From Macrostomum lignano (lineage: Eukaryota): a DNA stretch of 64,000 nt. The notes beneath the pieces were generated by a model. It made no database searches and was not told the origin of the DNA. It worked only from the letters and a program-made list of their open reading frames with translations. The position numbers were made by a program, and so were the translations under genes. The DNA lies in NCBI GenBank assembly GCA_002269645.1, contig NIVC01001928.1, forward strand, positions 822-64,821, written 5' to 3'. Shown piece after piece: positions 61,666-64,000 of this stretch; position 1 is the first letter of the stretch; every line of letters begins with the position of its first letter.

Positions 61666-62589
61666 AGATCTCGCGCGTAAAGCCTTCATTCTCTCAGCCT
61701 TTTTAACGCTTCATGGGCTTTCCCCAAAGCCAAATTATGCACCAGTGTAGCCATATAATCTATTTAATAAGCGCTTACTTTCTTCGATGCGAGCTGCAAA
61801 CAGGATCTCCAGGCCTGTACTCGCAGCAGCACAATAGCCGTTGCATCCGCCGTGAAATTATTCTATTTTTCTATTTTTCGCCTTTACGAATTTCTGCCAT
61901 TCAGCTCGCAGTGAATTGAATAATGGCTTCCATGTAGCTTAAAAGAATAACTGCGAGGATCGGCAGCTATCTGCCCAGAAATGCGCGTTTCTTCTCTGCA
62001 GGCGGCGGCTTGTCTTTTTGATTAGACTGCTACTGTCTGAATTGGCGATTCGTTAACATAAACCATGGGAAGAGAGGAGGAGGGAGTCAGGACTAACGCC
62101 TGGTGATATTAATCGTTATTATAATAATATCAATAGACATTGTACATTGCACACACAGTGCTGGATCCAGATCTTACTTGCTGGGGCAGCAATTTCTCGT
62201 AAAAGTGAAAAGCCTCGGGTCTTGCCGTTTGCCGGAAAAGGCACTGCTGCCCTGGTCCTGATACTAAATAAATATTATAAAATAATTTCGAGGAGGGCTG
62301 CGGGCACCATGGCAACGCCTTCGGCGATATCGTCGCACTACCAACGCTGAATCAGTTCTGTCCACTCAGCTGGCTCCTGAGCCACACAAGTTCGCCAATA
62401 CTGTACTCAGGCACAGCACTCATACACAGGCTCTCACAGGGTGTACATCGGCCCTTGTGACTTCTGATCTTCAGGCGTGTGCACTCTCTGTGCCTTGGGG
62501 GCTTGGCCATCACGGGGGTGTGACTCGCACGAACAAAATGAATGTGTTTGCGCACGAATCTGCTCTGCGCCCCACCTTTCCCAACGCAA

Positions 62590-62790
62590 ATTAAGCAACG
62601 GCAGGCGAGACCGCACGGTCTCAAAGTCGGTGACACAGTGCTGCGGCGCCGACTAAATCCGCTCAAGGGCGAGACTCCGTTCGAGTGGGCACCCTGGCTG
62701 GTCGAGAAGGTCAAGGGCGACTCGATGACCATTCGGCAGGGCGCCAGAGTTTGCAGGCGGCACTGCACTGACCTGAAGCGGGTAGCGCGG
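62590..62790 (+). mobile_element. Ty3/Gypsy integrase C-terminal remnant
   Basis: ARPHGLKVGDTVLRR...KGETPFE..PWLVEKVKGDSMTIRQGARVCRRH...LKR resembles the K02A2.6-like Gypsy integrase tail (LKVGD.VL...K..TPF..PY.V..V.G..VT). Confidence 0.6.
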
Positions 62791-64000
62791 GTACTGAGCC
62801 CGATTTTCCTGTCGGGGAGCCCGCACCTCCGATCCTACAAGCTGCAGGGAGCGAACCCGCGACCTCTCCAATTGCGCTGCGACCACACCCCCGAGAGGCC
62901 AAGGTGAGAGTGAACTATAGGGTTTAACTATAACTCGCGCTTGGCAGACTGACGCTAATATCTTTGGGTGCGCTTTGATTTTGCTTTTGCATCGCGAGCT
63001 TGCGAAAAGATTGTCACTCTCTGGCTAATGCACTATAATCAGTAACATTTTGTTGAATAATGTTTCTTTGCAATATTTATTTGTGGTATCTTTCATTTTT
63101 AAAAACCTTTTGCAGTTGCACTTTTAATCCGATATGAGGAGAGATGTAGTGTACGCTCTGCGCGTAATAATGTACGGCTGGCTTGGTCGATGAATTCGTA
63201 GCAATATTCTTATTACGCAATACTCTCGTGCCTATAAATATATTGAATTGAGCAGTCGGCTCAGTTAAGTACATCGTTTTCTCTCGCCAAAACTAAAATA
63301 GCTAGTCTGAGTCATTACAATCCCATCCCGATCCTAGCTAAAACTTTTTCCCACACTCTACTCACGGGCAGGGAGAAGGCCTTCTTATTCCCGTCAACAG
63401 TTGGACGTAGAAGTCCACTCTCGGGTGGAGGCGGCGCTAAATATGCTGCACATTGTGACTTCCGCTGCCGAGCAAGTTTACAAGCTTTTTTAATTGCGGC
63501 GCAGTAGCACCTGAAATTAATAAGTTAACAAACAGATAAATCTAAAATTCTATAACAGATTCTTTTCTACAGATAATTCTAATATGGAAAGGTTCCAGTT
63601 AAAACAAATTCAAATTTGAAATGAATCAGAACCTATGGAAAGTCTCAGCTTAAAAAGGCCAGCTTCAGGCGACAACCACATTTGAATCATATTCAACGAT
63701 AGTTAGATCACGGGAGATTGATGCCCGCAGTTTATAGTTGAACAGGACAATGAACTGGTATGCCACAACAATGCTAACGGGATGCAGAAGTCACAGTCAT
63801 CATATGTGAACTCTCGCTAATCTCTCACCATAAGATAGGACACACAAGATTTATATTCTAATTAACATTTTTACTTTCTTGTAACAAATTCAACGCCAAT
63901 TAATGTAATTTAGGCGTGTCGGCTTGCTGCAATTGGTGATTACAGGCACTGAAACAGTCACGGGGCAAGAGGCTCTGGCCTGTAATAAGGCCAGACTTAT

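Overview
This is eukaryotic (metazoan) genomic DNA, not prokaryotic. The short GT-AG introns, GC-rich exons and very dense minisatellites suggest a free-living flatworm such as Macrostomum, which is an inference. Genes supported by hand-built spliced models or motifs: the last exon of a CLCA-family gene with a Ser/Thr-rich stalk and TM anchor (+, 278-1260); the first large coding exon of a DEG/ENaC channel (+, 7046-7918; later exons not found); a 5-exon TMEM134 (+, 35237-38073); a 16-exon EPB41L4A-like FERM gene (-, 40920-57550, 5' end unresolved); tRNA-Thr(AGT) (-, 33571-33644); and an unassigned, frameshifted gene (-, 31911-32735). Repeats and mobile DNA: a ~15-kb array of a 41-bp satellite ending at an assembly gap, an inverted 2.3-kb array of the same satellite inside a FERM intron, ~30 other micro/minisatellites, two tRNA-derived CORE-like SINE copies, an LTR-like promoter with a 72-bp enhancer duplication, and a Ty3/Gypsy integrase remnant. 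Most long ORFs in the supplied track are artefacts of stop-free tandem repeats. No CRISPR array or clearly new enzymatic system is visible. The most distinctive signals concern tandem-repeat origin: a CCATAGACA core shared by several otherwise different arrays, and two apparent snapshots of minisatellite birth.
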